From: Flavobacteriales bacterium | Lineage (GTDB): Bacteria; Bacteroidota; Bacteroidia; Flavobacteriales_D; Crocinitomicaceae | Direction: 5' to 3' | Assembly: GCA_947447525.1 (NCBI GenBank) | Contig: CANFJL010000007.1 | Location: 99,076 to 163,075, forward strand | DNA length: 64,000 bases | Shown: positions 1-8,219 of the stretch, one piece after another | Layout: each line of letters starts with the position of its first letter | Position numbering within the stretch: the first letter of the stretch is position 1 | The notes under the pieces: model-generated | What the model saw: only the letters and a program-made list of their open reading frames with translations | The model's database searches: none | Told to the model about the DNA's origin: nothing | Translations under genes and position numbers: made by a program

Positions 1-276
1 CCTTTTAAATTTGAGCGAAATGATTTGCACATTACAGAAGCATTGAAACAAAAAATAATTTTGAATTGCAAGGCAAATAACTATACTCACTTTGGAAAAT
101 ATGCTGTTAAGGAAGTTAAAACAACAGATGGATTTAAGTATTTCTTTGATGAGGAACGGTGGGTGATGATTAGGCCATCGGGCACAGAACCTGTACTTAG
201 AACCTATGCTGAAGCACCAACATTAGAAGAGGTTAGAGAAATTTTAAAGGCTACAGAAGATACAATTTGTAAATAA
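1..276 (+). CDS. phosphoglucomutase/phosphomannomutase family protein, C-terminal fragment (5' end outside window)
   Basis: Frame is open from base 1. C-terminal domain motif RPSGTEPVLRTYAEA is typical of alpha-D-phosphohexomutases. Stop at 274-276. Confidence 0.8.
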   Translation, partial: PFKFERNDLHITEALKQKIILNCKANNYTHFGKYAVKEVKTTDGFKYFFDEERWVMIRPSGTEPVLRTYAEAPTLEEVREILKATEDTICK

Positions 277-288
277 AATTAGGGATTT

Positions 289-1110
289 CTATCCCAAACC
301 TACATCAAGAATCATCATAACTAGAAAGCCACCAATAAACCCAAGAACTGCCACATCGGTAAATTTATCTCTTTGGGTTTCGGGGATAACTTCTTCAACC
401 ACTACAAAAATCATGGCGCCTGCTGCAAATGCCAGTGCATAAGGCAGAATAGATTGCATATAAATAACAGCCACCGCTCCAATTACTCCCGCAATTGGTT
501 CAACAATCGCTGACATCTGACCGTACCAAAAACTTTTAAACCTACTTGCTCCAGATCTGCGGAGTGGCATGGCAACTGCAAATCCTTCAGGAAAATTCTG
601 AATGGCAATACCTATCGTTAAAGCAATAGCACCTGCGTAAGTAGCACCTTCCATTCCATTCGCTGCTGCGCCAAATAAAACTCCAATGGCAAGTCCCTCA
701 GGAATATTATGTAAGGTAATTGCAAGTACTAAAAGTGTGGTTTTATGCAGTTGTGTTTTTACCCCTTCCGATTCATTATCGTTAAAATTAATGTGTAGAT
801 GCGGGAGTAGTTTATCTAAGCCAAAAATAAAAAGAGCGCCAAGAGCAAATCCAATTGCTGCTGGAAAAACTTTCACAAATCCTTCGCCTGGACTCATTTC
901 TATTGATGGGGCTAATAAACTCCAAAAACTTGCTGCTACCATAATCCCACCGGTAAATCCGAGCATACCGTCTAGCATGCCGCGATGCATTGATTTAATG
1001 CCAAATACCATTGCTGCCCCCATTGCAGTTACCAACCAAGTAAAAGTAGTTGCTAGCAAGGCTGCCATTACTGGATCAATCTTCGAGAACCAAATAATAA
1101 TTTCTTGCAT
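289..1110 (-). CDS. zupT: ZIP family zinc/metal transporter (ZupT-like)
   Basis: 273 aa polytopic membrane protein with ZIP signature helices HNIPEGLAIG and QNFPEGFAVA. Confidence 0.85.
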   Translation of the reverse strand: MQEIIIWFSKIDPVMAALLATTFTWLVTAMGAAMVFGIKSMHRGMLDGMLGFTGGIMVAASFWSLLAPSIEMSPGEGFVKVFPAAIGFALGALFIFGLDKLLPHLHINFNDNESEGVKTQLHKTTLLVLAITLHNIPEGLAIGVLFGAAANGMEGATYAGAIALTIGIAIQNFPEGFAVAMPLRRSGASRFKSFWYGQMSAIVEPIAGVIGAVAVIYMQSILPYALAFAAGAMIFVVVEEVIPETQRDKFTDVAVLGFIGGFLVMMILDVGLG

Positions 1111-1144
1111 GATGGTGTCTTATATTTGTTTTTATTGCTATCTG

Positions 1145-1171
1145 TATACAAAAGAAATACAATTTTGTATA
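1145..1171. promoter_or_regulatory. 9-bp inverted repeat (TATACAAAA-N9-TTTTGTATA) in the divergent zupT/lipoprotein promoter region
   Basis: Read directly. Arms are 1145-1153 and 1163-1171. The right arm overlaps the TAtaTTTG -7 motif at 1168-1175. Confidence 0.25.
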
Positions 1172-1175
1172 TTTG
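1168..1175 (+). promoter_or_regulatory. Bacteroidetes-type -7 promoter motif TAnnTTTG (TATATTTG)
   Basis: Exact match to TAnnTTTG, 22 nt upstream of the ATG at 1197. Argues against the TTG start at 1173. Confidence 0.35.
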
Positions 1176-1196
1176 AAGTATATTAATAAAAATGTT

Positions 1197-1553
1197 ATGA
1201 AAAGAGGCTTGTTATTTTTAGGATTATTTTTACTGCTTACTGTAGCCAGCTGCAATAAAAATGAAAATACTATTTTCCGCATCTATGTGGCAAAAAATGG
1301 TCAGCCGAAAATAAATGCAAAAGTACGAATATACGGTGTAAACACTGCAAATCCACCAACCTTAGATATTGCAGACTATACAGATGCAAATGGTCTAGTT
1401 GAATTTAACCTGAATAATTATATTAAATCAGGATCTTATGGAGGCATGACGCTAGATTGTTATGTTAGTCAGACTAAAACGGGACCTGTTGATACTGTTT
1501 TCACTGTTTTTGTTAAAGGATTTGAAACCACTAAGTCTGAGATTAAATTTTAA
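1197..1553 (+). CDS. small lipoprotein, carboxypeptidase-regulatory-like beta-sandwich (hypothetical)
   Basis: MKRGLLFLGLFLLLTVASC lipobox signal. The segment VRIYGV...TDANGLVEFNL resembles CarboxypepD_reg-like folds. Confidence 0.6.
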   Translation: MKRGLLFLGLFLLLTVASCNKNENTIFRIYVAKNGQPKINAKVRIYGVNTANPPTLDIADYTDANGLVEFNLNNYIKSGSYGGMTLDCYVSQTKTGPVDTVFTVFVKGFETTKSEIKF

Positions 1554-1609
1554 ATTAAAAATCACACCTATTCTTCTTTTTATTACTTGTGCTATTTCGC
1601 AAGTTAATT

Positions 1610-1617
1610 TACCTTTG
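1610..1617 (+). promoter_or_regulatory. -7 promoter motif TAnnTTTG (TACCTTTG) upstream of proS
   Basis: Exact motif match, 21 nt upstream of the ATG at 1638. Confidence 0.35.
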
Positions 1618-1637
1618 CATTCGTATTAAATTTCCAT

Positions 1638-3110
1638 ATGTCACAAAAACTTACAAGTCGCGCAACGGATTATTCCAAATGGTATAATGAGCTCGTTTAT
1701 CGTGCAGATTTAGCCGAACATTCTGATGTGCGGGGTTGTATGATTATTAAACCATACGGTTATGCCATCTGGGAAAAAATGCGTGAAGTTTTAGATGCAA
1801 AGTTTAAAGAAACTGGGCATTCTAATGCCTATTTTCCATTGTTAATTCCAAAGTCTTACCTAAGCAAGGAAGCCAGTCATGTAGAGGGATTCGCAAAAGA
1901 ATGTGCTGTAGTAACGCATTATAGACTTAAAAATGCAGAAGACGGAAGTGGCGTTATTGTCGACCCAACTGCCAAACTTGAAGAGGAATTAATCATAAGA
2001 CCTACCTCAGAAACCATAATTTGGAATTCCTACAAAAACTGGATTCAGTCCTACCGTGACTTACCCTTATTAATCAATCAATGGGCGAATGTAGTTCGTT
2101 GGGAGATGCGTACTCGTTTATTTTTGCGCACTGCTGAATTTCTTTGGCAAGAAGGACACACAGCGCACGCTACCAAAAAAGAGGCTATTGAAGAAGCTGA
2201 ACAAATGCTTCATGTATATGCTGATTTTGCAGAAAATTATATGGCAATGCCTGTTCTTTTAGGACGAAAATCAGAAAGTGAACGCTTTGCTGGAGCTGAA
2301 GATACTTTATGTATTGAAGCATTAATGCAAGATGGAAAAGCTTTACAAGCTGGAACTTCACATTTTCTTGGACAGAATTTCGCCAAAGCATTTGATGTGA
2401 AATTTGCAGATAAAGAAGGAAAATTGGATTATGTATGGGCAACATCATGGGGAGTTTCAACACGATTGATGGGTGCATTAATTATGACTCATTCAGATGA
2501 CGAAGGCTTAGTATTACCTCCTGCTTTAGCACCAATTCATGTTGTTGGCATTCCAATTTATAGAAATGATGAAGAATTGGCCTTGATTTCTGAAAAGTTT
2601 ACGGAACTGGGTAAAATATTAAAAGCAAAAGGCATCAGTTTCAAATACGATAATGATGACAACCGTCGTCCAGGATGGAAATTTGCTGAATATGAATCAA
2701 AAGGTGTTCCTATCAGACTTGCAATGGGTCCGAGAGACTTGGAAAATGGTCAGGTTGAATTGGCAAGAAGAGATTTGAAAACTAAAGAAATTGTCAAATG
2801 GGAAGGAATCGAAAATAATATTGAATTACTATTAGAGGCCATTCAAACCAACCTTTTTCAAAAAGCAAAGGATTTCAGAACTGCCAACATGAAGAAGGTA
2901 GATACTTACGAAGAATTTAAAGCTCAAATAGATGCAGGAGGTTTTTTCTTAGCACATTGGGATGGGACTATAGAAACTGAAGAAAAAATAAAACAAGAAA
3001 CACAAGCTACCATTCGCTGTTTGCTGCTAGATGCAGAAGAGGAAGTTGGAAAATGTATGGTAACTGGCGCTCCATCTCAACAACGTGCAGTTTTTGCCAA
3101 AGCATATTAA
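1638..3110 (+). CDS. proS: proline--tRNA ligase (archaeal/eukaryotic-like type, 490 aa)
   Basis: Class II aaRS motifs ([32 protein letters not shown]) and the C-terminal ProRS-C domain ending FAKAY. Confidence 0.95.
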   Translation: MSQKLTSRATDYSKWYNELVYRADLAEHSDVRGCMIIKPYGYAIWEKMREVLDAKFKETGHSNAYFPLLIPKSYLSKEASHVEGFAKECAVVTHYRLKNAEDGSGVIVDPTAKLEEELIIRPTSETIIWNSYKNWIQSYRDLPLLINQWANVVRWEMRTRLFLRTAEFLWQEGHTAHATKKEAIEEAEQMLHVYADFAENYMAMPVLLGRKSESERFAGAEDTLCIEALMQDGKALQAGTSHFLGQNFAKAFDVKFADKEGKLDYVWATSWGVSTRLMGALIMTHSDDEGLVLPPALAPIHVVGIPIYRNDEELALISEKFTELGKILKAKGISFKYDNDDNRRPGWKFAEYESKGVPIRLAMGPRDLENGQVELARRDLKTKEIVKWEGIENNIELLLEAIQTNLFQKAKDFRTANMKKVDTYEEFKAQIDAGGFFLAHWDGTIETEEKIKQETQATIRCLLLDAEEEVGKCMVTGAPSQQRAVFAKAY

Positions 3111-3113
3111 TCC

Positions 3114-3821
3114 TTGTCTTTATTTCAATTTCGATATTTTTCTATTGAACAAGCAAATCTGGGCCTAAAGATAGGGACGGATGCCATGTTGCTTGGGGCA
3201 TTTATCGATGCTGAATTCAAGAAAAACGGTTTAGATCTCGGAACAGGTTCAGGAGTATTATCCTTAATGCAAACACAAAAAAATGAAGCTATTCAGATTG
3301 ATGCCTTAGAAATTGACCCGAAAGCAGTGGAAATTGCTCAATTGAATTTTCAGAACAGCTCGTGGAATAGTCGATTAAATTGTATCGAAAAAGATTATTT
3401 AGTATACGATACTGATAAAACCTATGATTTAATTTTTACGAATCCACCTTTTCATTTGGAGCAAGTTTACAGTCCTACTGTAAATAAAAAATTAGCAAGA
3501 AGTAGCGATGAAGGACACTTGATTGGGATCATTAATCAAGTCACTCAACTACTTACAAGTGATGGTGACTTCTGGATTATTGCGCCTCATACTCTTGAAG
3601 AAAAATTAGTTAATTGGGCAGAGCAAAAAGAACTTTTTCCTAATAATGTCATTCAAATTGAGGGCAAAATCAAACAAATTAAACGTGTGATTCTTAATTT
3701 TAAACGACAAAAAAATAGTATTAAAAGAAAAGTATTTGTAGTGCGCAATGATGATAATAGCTATACGGAGGAGTATAAGAATTTAACGCAAGATTTCCAC
3801 CATCCAGATTTTAAGTTATAA
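3114..3821 (+). CDS. tRNA (adenine-N6)-methyltransferase, YfiC/TrmN6-like
   Basis: N-terminal F..F.I.Q....LKIGTDAMLLGAF, SAM-binding loop LDLGTGSGVL and catalytic NPPF motif. Uses a TTG start. Confidence 0.75.
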   Translation: MSLFQFRYFSIEQANLGLKIGTDAMLLGAFIDAEFKKNGLDLGTGSGVLSLMQTQKNEAIQIDALEIDPKAVEIAQLNFQNSSWNSRLNCIEKDYLVYDTDKTYDLIFTNPPFHLEQVYSPTVNKKLARSSDEGHLIGIINQVTQLLTSDGDFWIIAPHTLEEKLVNWAEQKELFPNNVIQIEGKIKQIKRVILNFKRQKNSIKRKVFVVRNDDNSYTEEYKNLTQDFHHPDFKL

Positions 3822-3900
3822 TGTCTTCGACTAGAGCTAAAAGAAATGAATTACTTGTATCTTATGTAACCTAAGTTGCCTTTAATCTATTCATAGTAGC

Positions 3901-3908
3901 TATCTTTG
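3901..3908 (+). promoter_or_regulatory. -7 promoter motif TAnnTTTG (TATCTTTG)
   Basis: Exact motif match only 5 nt upstream of the ATG at 3913, so the leader is very short or absent. Confidence 0.35.
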
Positions 3909-3912
3909 TCTC

Positions 3913-4323
3913 ATGAATAGCCCGATTAAAAAAGGTACTAAAATATACAGTATTTTAAAATTTAAATGTCCAGCATGTCACGAGGGAGATTTTCTGGTTT
4001 CCACACCTTATGACCTAAGAAATGTTGGAGATGTTCGAATAGTATGTGATGTTTGTAATCAAAAATACAGCAAAGAACCAGGTTTTTACCAAGGAGCTTT
4101 ATATGTTTCCTATGGACTTGGAGTAGCTTTATTTGTTACTATATGGGTATCTTGTAATTTATTTTTTAATAATTTAAATGTTTGGATTCAAATAGGGTTG
4201 GTTGCTGGTGCATCGATAATATTAGCACCTTATCTTTTTGCATTATCCAAAATTATTTGGGCCAATTTATTTATTCCTTACAATCCAAATGCTAAGTCAA
4301 GAATACAAGAAGGAACTCATTGA
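3913..4323 (+). CDS. DUF983-like membrane protein with N-terminal zinc ribbon
   Basis: CPACHEG...CDVC four-Cys ribbon followed by two TM helices. Family assignment is from memory. Confidence 0.6.
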   Translation: MNSPIKKGTKIYSILKFKCPACHEGDFLVSTPYDLRNVGDVRIVCDVCNQKYSKEPGFYQGALYVSYGLGVALFVTIWVSCNLFFNNLNVWIQIGLVAGASIILAPYLFALSKIIWANLFIPYNPNAKSRIQEGTH

Positions 4324-4939
4324 CCAAACCCTTGGTTATTTGCTGGAAGATGATCTTCTTGCAGAAATGTTACTTGTTGCAAAAGTTAGAGAAACACATG
4401 CCCATGAAATAATTGTTCATGTGGGTGAGGCACTGCAGATGATTCCAATTGTTGTCAATGGATCTATAAAGGTTTCCCGAGAAAATGAAAATGGAGAAGA
4501 AATACTTTTATATTATATCGAAGGTGGAGATACTTGTGCCATGACCTTACAATGCTGCACGCGTAAACAAAACAGTCAGATCAAGGCGACTTCAATGGAA
4601 TCCTCATTATTACTCATGTTTCCATTGGATCATATGGAAACATGGATGGACACTTATAAATCATGGCGCGAATTTATTCTTCAATCCTATCAAGGAAGAA
4701 TGATGGAGCTGTTAGATACGATAGATCAAATTGCATTTATGCGCTTAGATGAGCGCTTGCTGAAATATCTAAACGATCAAGTAAAGTTATTAGGCACTAC
4801 AGAAATACACCACACCCATCAAGAAATTGCAGATGACTTGCATTCATCAAGGGTGGTAATATCGAGACTTCTAAAGCAACTTGAAAACAAAGGGATTATT
4901 AGCCTGCACAGGAATAGAATTATCCTTAAAGATTTTTAA
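4289..4939 (+). CDS. Crp/Fnr family transcriptional regulator
   Basis: cNMP-binding beta-barrel followed by a C-terminal HTH (HQEIADDLHSSRVVISRLLKQLENKGII). The ATG at 4289 is preferred over the extended start at 4238. Confidence 0.8.
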   Translation: MLSQEYKKELIDQTLGYLLEDDLLAEMLLVAKVRETHAHEIIVHVGEALQMIPIVVNGSIKVSRENENGEEILLYYIEGGDTCAMTLQCCTRKQNSQIKATSMESSLLLMFPLDHMETWMDTYKSWREFILQSYQGRMMELLDTIDQIAFMRLDERLLKYLNDQVKLLGTTEIHHTHQEIADDLHSSRVVISRLLKQLENKGIISLHRNRIILKDF

Positions 4940-4960
4940 TTCACAGGACCTTATTTTTTT

Positions 4961-4968
4961 TACTTTTG
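4961..4968 (+). promoter_or_regulatory. -7 promoter motif TAnnTTTG (TACTTTTG)
   Basis: Exact motif match 5 nt upstream of the ATG at 4973. Confidence 0.35.
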
Positions 4969-4972
4969 TTTC

Positions 4973-5530
4973 ATGAGTGAAAGTATACTTGTCGTTACAG
5001 GATTACCTAGATCAGGGACCTCCTTGATGATGCAACTTTTAGAAGCCGCCCAAATTCCAATTTTAAGCGATCAACTTAGAGAAAAAGACAAAAATAACCC
5101 AGAAGGATATTATGAATTGTCAGCAGTGAAAGGAATCGTAAAGGACAATAGTTTTTTAGAAAAAGCTATAGGCTGTGCCGTAAAAATTGTGGCACCTCTC
5201 CCCCTTTTTTTAGATAATAGTCAATCCTATAAATTTATTTTTATGCAACGAGACCTCCAAGAGGTTTTGGCTTCACAAGCAGTAATGATTGGAAAAGATC
5301 AAAGTGCGGAAAGAGAAAAATTCAAGCAATTATTCAATCAACATCTTGACAAAACCATTGCCTTCATTACTCAAATGAATTGGCCTATCCTATTTATCTC
5401 TCATCAAGCATTGCTCAAAAATCCACATCAAGAAATTGAAAAATTAATCAATTATCTAGATCTTAATATTAATGCATCTGATTTAGTACCTATCATTAAA
5501 CCACAACTTTATCGTCAACAGCATGTCTAA
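4973..5530 (+). CDS. small sulfotransferase-family protein (185 aa)
   Basis: N-terminal GLPRSGTS loop resembles the PAPS 5'-phosphosulfate-binding motif. A later FMQRDLQEVLAS segment resembles the 3'-phosphate-binding region. No signal peptide. Confidence 0.65.
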   Translation: MSESILVVTGLPRSGTSLMMQLLEAAQIPILSDQLREKDKNNPEGYYELSAVKGIVKDNSFLEKAIGCAVKIVAPLPLFLDNSQSYKFIFMQRDLQEVLASQAVMIGKDQSAEREKFKQLFNQHLDKTIAFITQMNWPILFISHQALLKNPHQEIEKLINYLDLNINASDLVPIIKPQLYRQQHV

Positions 5531-5672
5531 AGAGAAAAAAGAAGTTTTTGAAGTAACAGCACAAGGGTCACTTGGCTTACTTGCATTAGGTCATATTGGC
5601 ATCATAAAATGGAAAGCCGCAATGGAGGCAGAAAACAACCTGAAAGCAAAGAAGAAAGATGTCAAAAAATAA
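5523..5672 (+). CDS. 49-codon micro-ORF (MSKEKKEVFEVTAQGSLGLLALGHIGIIKWKAAMEAENNLKAKKKDVKK), hypothetical
   Basis: Absent from the supplied ORF track (below its size cut-off). Its ATG overlaps the upstream stop (CATGTCTAA) and its last 14 nt overlap the next ATG. It fills the otherwise empty 128-bp gap. Confidence 0.35.
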   Translation: MSKEKKEVFEVTAQGSLGLLALGHIGIIKWKAAMEAENNLKAKKKDVKK

Positions 5673-8163
5673 ACAAAAACTAATTGTTTTAGGTTGGGAT
5701 GCAGCGGAATGGAAAGTGATTAATCCACTAATGGAGCAGGGAAAGATGCCTAATCTAGAGCGCTTCCTTAAAAAAGGAGTTTATGGTAAAATTCAAACGA
5801 TGGATCCGCCATTATCTCCTATGTTATGGACCAGTATTGCAACAGGAATGCGTGCTGACAAACATGGAATTATTGGATTTATAGAACCTACTCCAGATGG
5901 AGAAAGTCTGCGCCCAGTAACTTCTACCTCAAGAAAAGTTAAGGCCATTTGGAATATTTTAAATCAAGAATCATACAAAAGTAATGTTGTTGGATGGTGG
6001 CCTAGTAATCCTGTGGAACCTATTCATGGAGTAATGGTGTCTAATTTATTTCAAACAGCCAGCAAACCCCTTGAAGAAGTATGGGAAATTGGTCCCGAAT
6101 CCGTGCACCCGAAATCCCTAGAGGCAACTTTAGCTGCGCTACGCGTTCATCCGCATGAAATTACCCTTAGTATGGCTTTGCCTTTCTTACCTAATTTGGG
6201 TCAAGATAAAACTTTAAGAAAAGACAAGCGAACGCTAAGTGTATTAAAAACCTTAGCCAATGCAGCAACTGTTCATGCATGTTCCACCTATTTAATGCAA
6301 GAAACTGAATGGGATTTTATGGCTATTTATCATGATGCTATTGATCATTTTTCTCATATTGGGATGCGATATCATCCACCTAAAAGACCTGAAATTGATC
6401 AAAAAGATTATGATGATTTTAATTTAGTAGTAGAAGGCGCTTACCGTTTTCATGATTTAATGCTCGGTCGAATATTAGATATAATAGAGGAAGATACCAC
6501 TCTTTTAATTGTTTCTGACCATGGATTTCACACAGATCACCAAAGACCTTTATATATTCCAAATGAACCCGCCGGACCTGCAGTAGAACATAGTCCTTAT
6601 GGGATCTTTGCGATGGCAGGACCTGGAATTAAAAAAGGAGGTCAAGAAATAAGTGGAGCAAGTGTTTTGGATGTTACACCTACCCTGTTGCATTACTTAG
6701 GTCTGGCAGTTGGTGAAGATATGGATGGGAAAGTGTTACATGCTTGTTTTGAAAACGCTAAACCTGCAGAATTTATTCCAAGTTGGGAAGGGATAGCGGG
6801 AGATACAGGGATGCACGACAAAAATAGAATTGAAGATCCTTGGGAGGCGCTGGATGCTTTACAGCAATTGGTTGATTTAGGATATATTGACGCCCCGGAC
6901 GATGATAAATTAAAAGAAGTTGAAAAATCAAAAAGGGAGAATCAGTATTATTTGGCCCGAAACATGCTCAACGGAGGAAATTATAAAGAAGCGTTAATAA
7001 TATTAGAAGAAATCTTTAAAGCATCGCGGATTATTCGATACGGAAATCGTTTGGCCTTCACCTATTTAGCGCTTAAACAGTACCAACAAGCAAAAGATAT
7101 CTTGTTACAATTAATTGAATTAAATAAAGAAAAACAAGAACTTAGAAAGAAAACTGAGGATCCCTTCGGAAATGCTGAATTAGAAGAACCTATGTATTTA
7201 CAATACATTGAAGGATTATTGTATTTGGCTATTAACAGACCGAGAATTGCCTTACCTATTCTTGAAGAGGTACAGCGAAAAAACCCAAATAACTTCCAAG
7301 TTGCGATGAATATCGCTCAAATTCATAACCAGCGGAAAAATTTTTCGGCAGCTGAAAAGCAGTTTATTCGTGCCTTAGCAATAGACGACAGGAGTGCAAA
7401 AGCACATCATGGACTTGCTTTAAGTTTATTGCGAAGAGATGATTATGAAAATGCCATAGACGAATTAATTTTGGCAATAGAACAAGATTTTTACCTGCCA
7501 TTAGCGCATTATCATTTGGGAGAATGTCTATTTAAAACAGGGCAATATAGGGAGGCAAGTCAAGCCTTTGAAGTGGCTATTCGTTTAGCTCCAGGATTAA
7601 CAAAAGCGCATCAATGGTTGCAAGTTATATATCGTGATCATATCGTTAATCCAACAAGAGTTGAAGAAATTAATAACTTTCTGGCAAAGAATATTGTCAG
7701 CAGTATTGCTATTTGCACCAGTGTTGATGGAATTGATACCACCTCTGTTTTTGAAAAGCTTGCCGAAAATGGAATTAAGATTAATAATTCTCAAACCATT
7801 AGAGATCAAATAAGCACACTTCCCCAATCTAATGCATTTTTAAGCGAATTAAAGAATGAAATGATTTTTGTTCCATGTCATTTACTTTCCTTTTTACCCT
7901 CCAATTATTCATATCGCCTACTTCTTTTGAATGATGTGCAAGACCAAGTATTAAACAATTTAAAACTAAAACATAAATCTCAATTTTTAGATGGTGTTGT
8001 ACCAACAGATTTAATTGTAAAAACGAAAAAAGATCAAGAAAAAATTACGATTTGGATGGCTTCTCAAACAGATTTACCCTGCCATTACCTTGATATAGAA
8101 ACCTTTGTCAAGGAAGAAGAAGACAGTATGCTATTGTTAAAAAACTTTTTTTATGCTGTTTAA
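5659..8163 (+). CDS. alkaline-phosphatase-superfamily (type I phosphodiesterase/nucleotide pyrophosphatase-like) protein with TPR repeats and a C-terminal sulfotransferase-like domain
   Basis: N-terminal GWDAAEW, PPLSPMLWTSIATG...HGI and VSDHGFH are metal/nucleophile-type motifs. TPR-like repeats span about residues 430-660. The C-terminal 155 aa align by eye to the 185-aa ORF at 4973. Confidence 0.75.
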   Translation: MSKNKQKLIVLGWDAAEWKVINPLMEQGKMPNLERFLKKGVYGKIQTMDPPLSPMLWTSIATGMRADKHGIIGFIEPTPDGESLRPVTSTSRKVKAIWNILNQESYKSNVVGWWPSNPVEPIHGVMVSNLFQTASKPLEEVWEIGPESVHPKSLEATLAALRVHPHEITLSMALPFLPNLGQDKTLRKDKRTLSVLKTLANAATVHACSTYLMQETEWDFMAIYHDAIDHFSHIGMRYHPPKRPEIDQKDYDDFNLVVEGAYRFHDLMLGRILDIIEEDTTLLIVSDHGFHTDHQRPLYIPNEPAGPAVEHSPYGIFAMAGPGIKKGGQEISGASVLDVTPTLLHYLGLAVGEDMDGKVLHACFENAKPAEFIPSWEGIAGDTGMHDKNRIEDPWEALDALQQLVDLGYIDAPDDDKLKEVEKSKRENQYYLARNMLNGGNYKEALIILEEIFKASRIIRYGNRLAFTYLALKQYQQAKDILLQLIELNKEKQELRKKTEDPFGNAELEEPMYLQYIEGLLYLAINRPRIALPILEEVQRKNPNNFQVAMNIAQIHNQRKNFSAAEKQFIRALAIDDRSAKAHHGLALSLLRRDDYENAIDELILAIEQDFYLPLAHYHLGECLFKTGQYREASQAFEVAIRLAPGLTKAHQWLQVIYRDHIVNPTRVEEINNFLAKNIVSSIAICTSVDGIDTTSVFEKLAENGIKINNSQTIRDQISTLPQSNAFLSELKNEMIFVPCHLLSFLPSNYSYRLLLLNDVQDQVLNNLKLKHKSQFLDGVVPTDLIVKTKKDQEKITIWMASQTDLPCHYLDIETFVKEEEDSMLLLKNFFYAV

Positions 8164-8219
8164 TTAATTTATTTTTATTAATTTAACTTCAGATTTTAAA
8201 AAATTAAAACCTTAAAACT

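Noticed and set aside
686-1186. Long antisense or out-of-frame ORFs in the supplied track. Examples: 686-1186, 2185-2478, 7597-7827, 9571-9795, 11378-11596, 13477-13774, 21388-21627, 33843-34118, 44830-45204, 50613-50952 and 55837-56421.
   Set aside because: Each lies entirely inside a CDS on the other strand or frame that has clear family motifs. Their translations are low-complexity with no recognisable motifs, as expected for shadow ORFs.
4973-5672. RaxST/RaxX-like tyrosine-sulfated peptide system (sulfotransferase plus adjacent small peptide).
   Set aside because: The 49-aa peptide contains no tyrosine and no secretion leader, and no peptidase-transporter gene is nearby.
5659-8163. PglZ-type alkaline-phosphatase domain, as in BREX or other defence systems.
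   Set aside because: No methyltransferase, ATPase, Lon-like or other BREX/DISARM partner genes are present. The motif pattern fits the nucleotide pyrophosphatase/phosphodiesterase type better.
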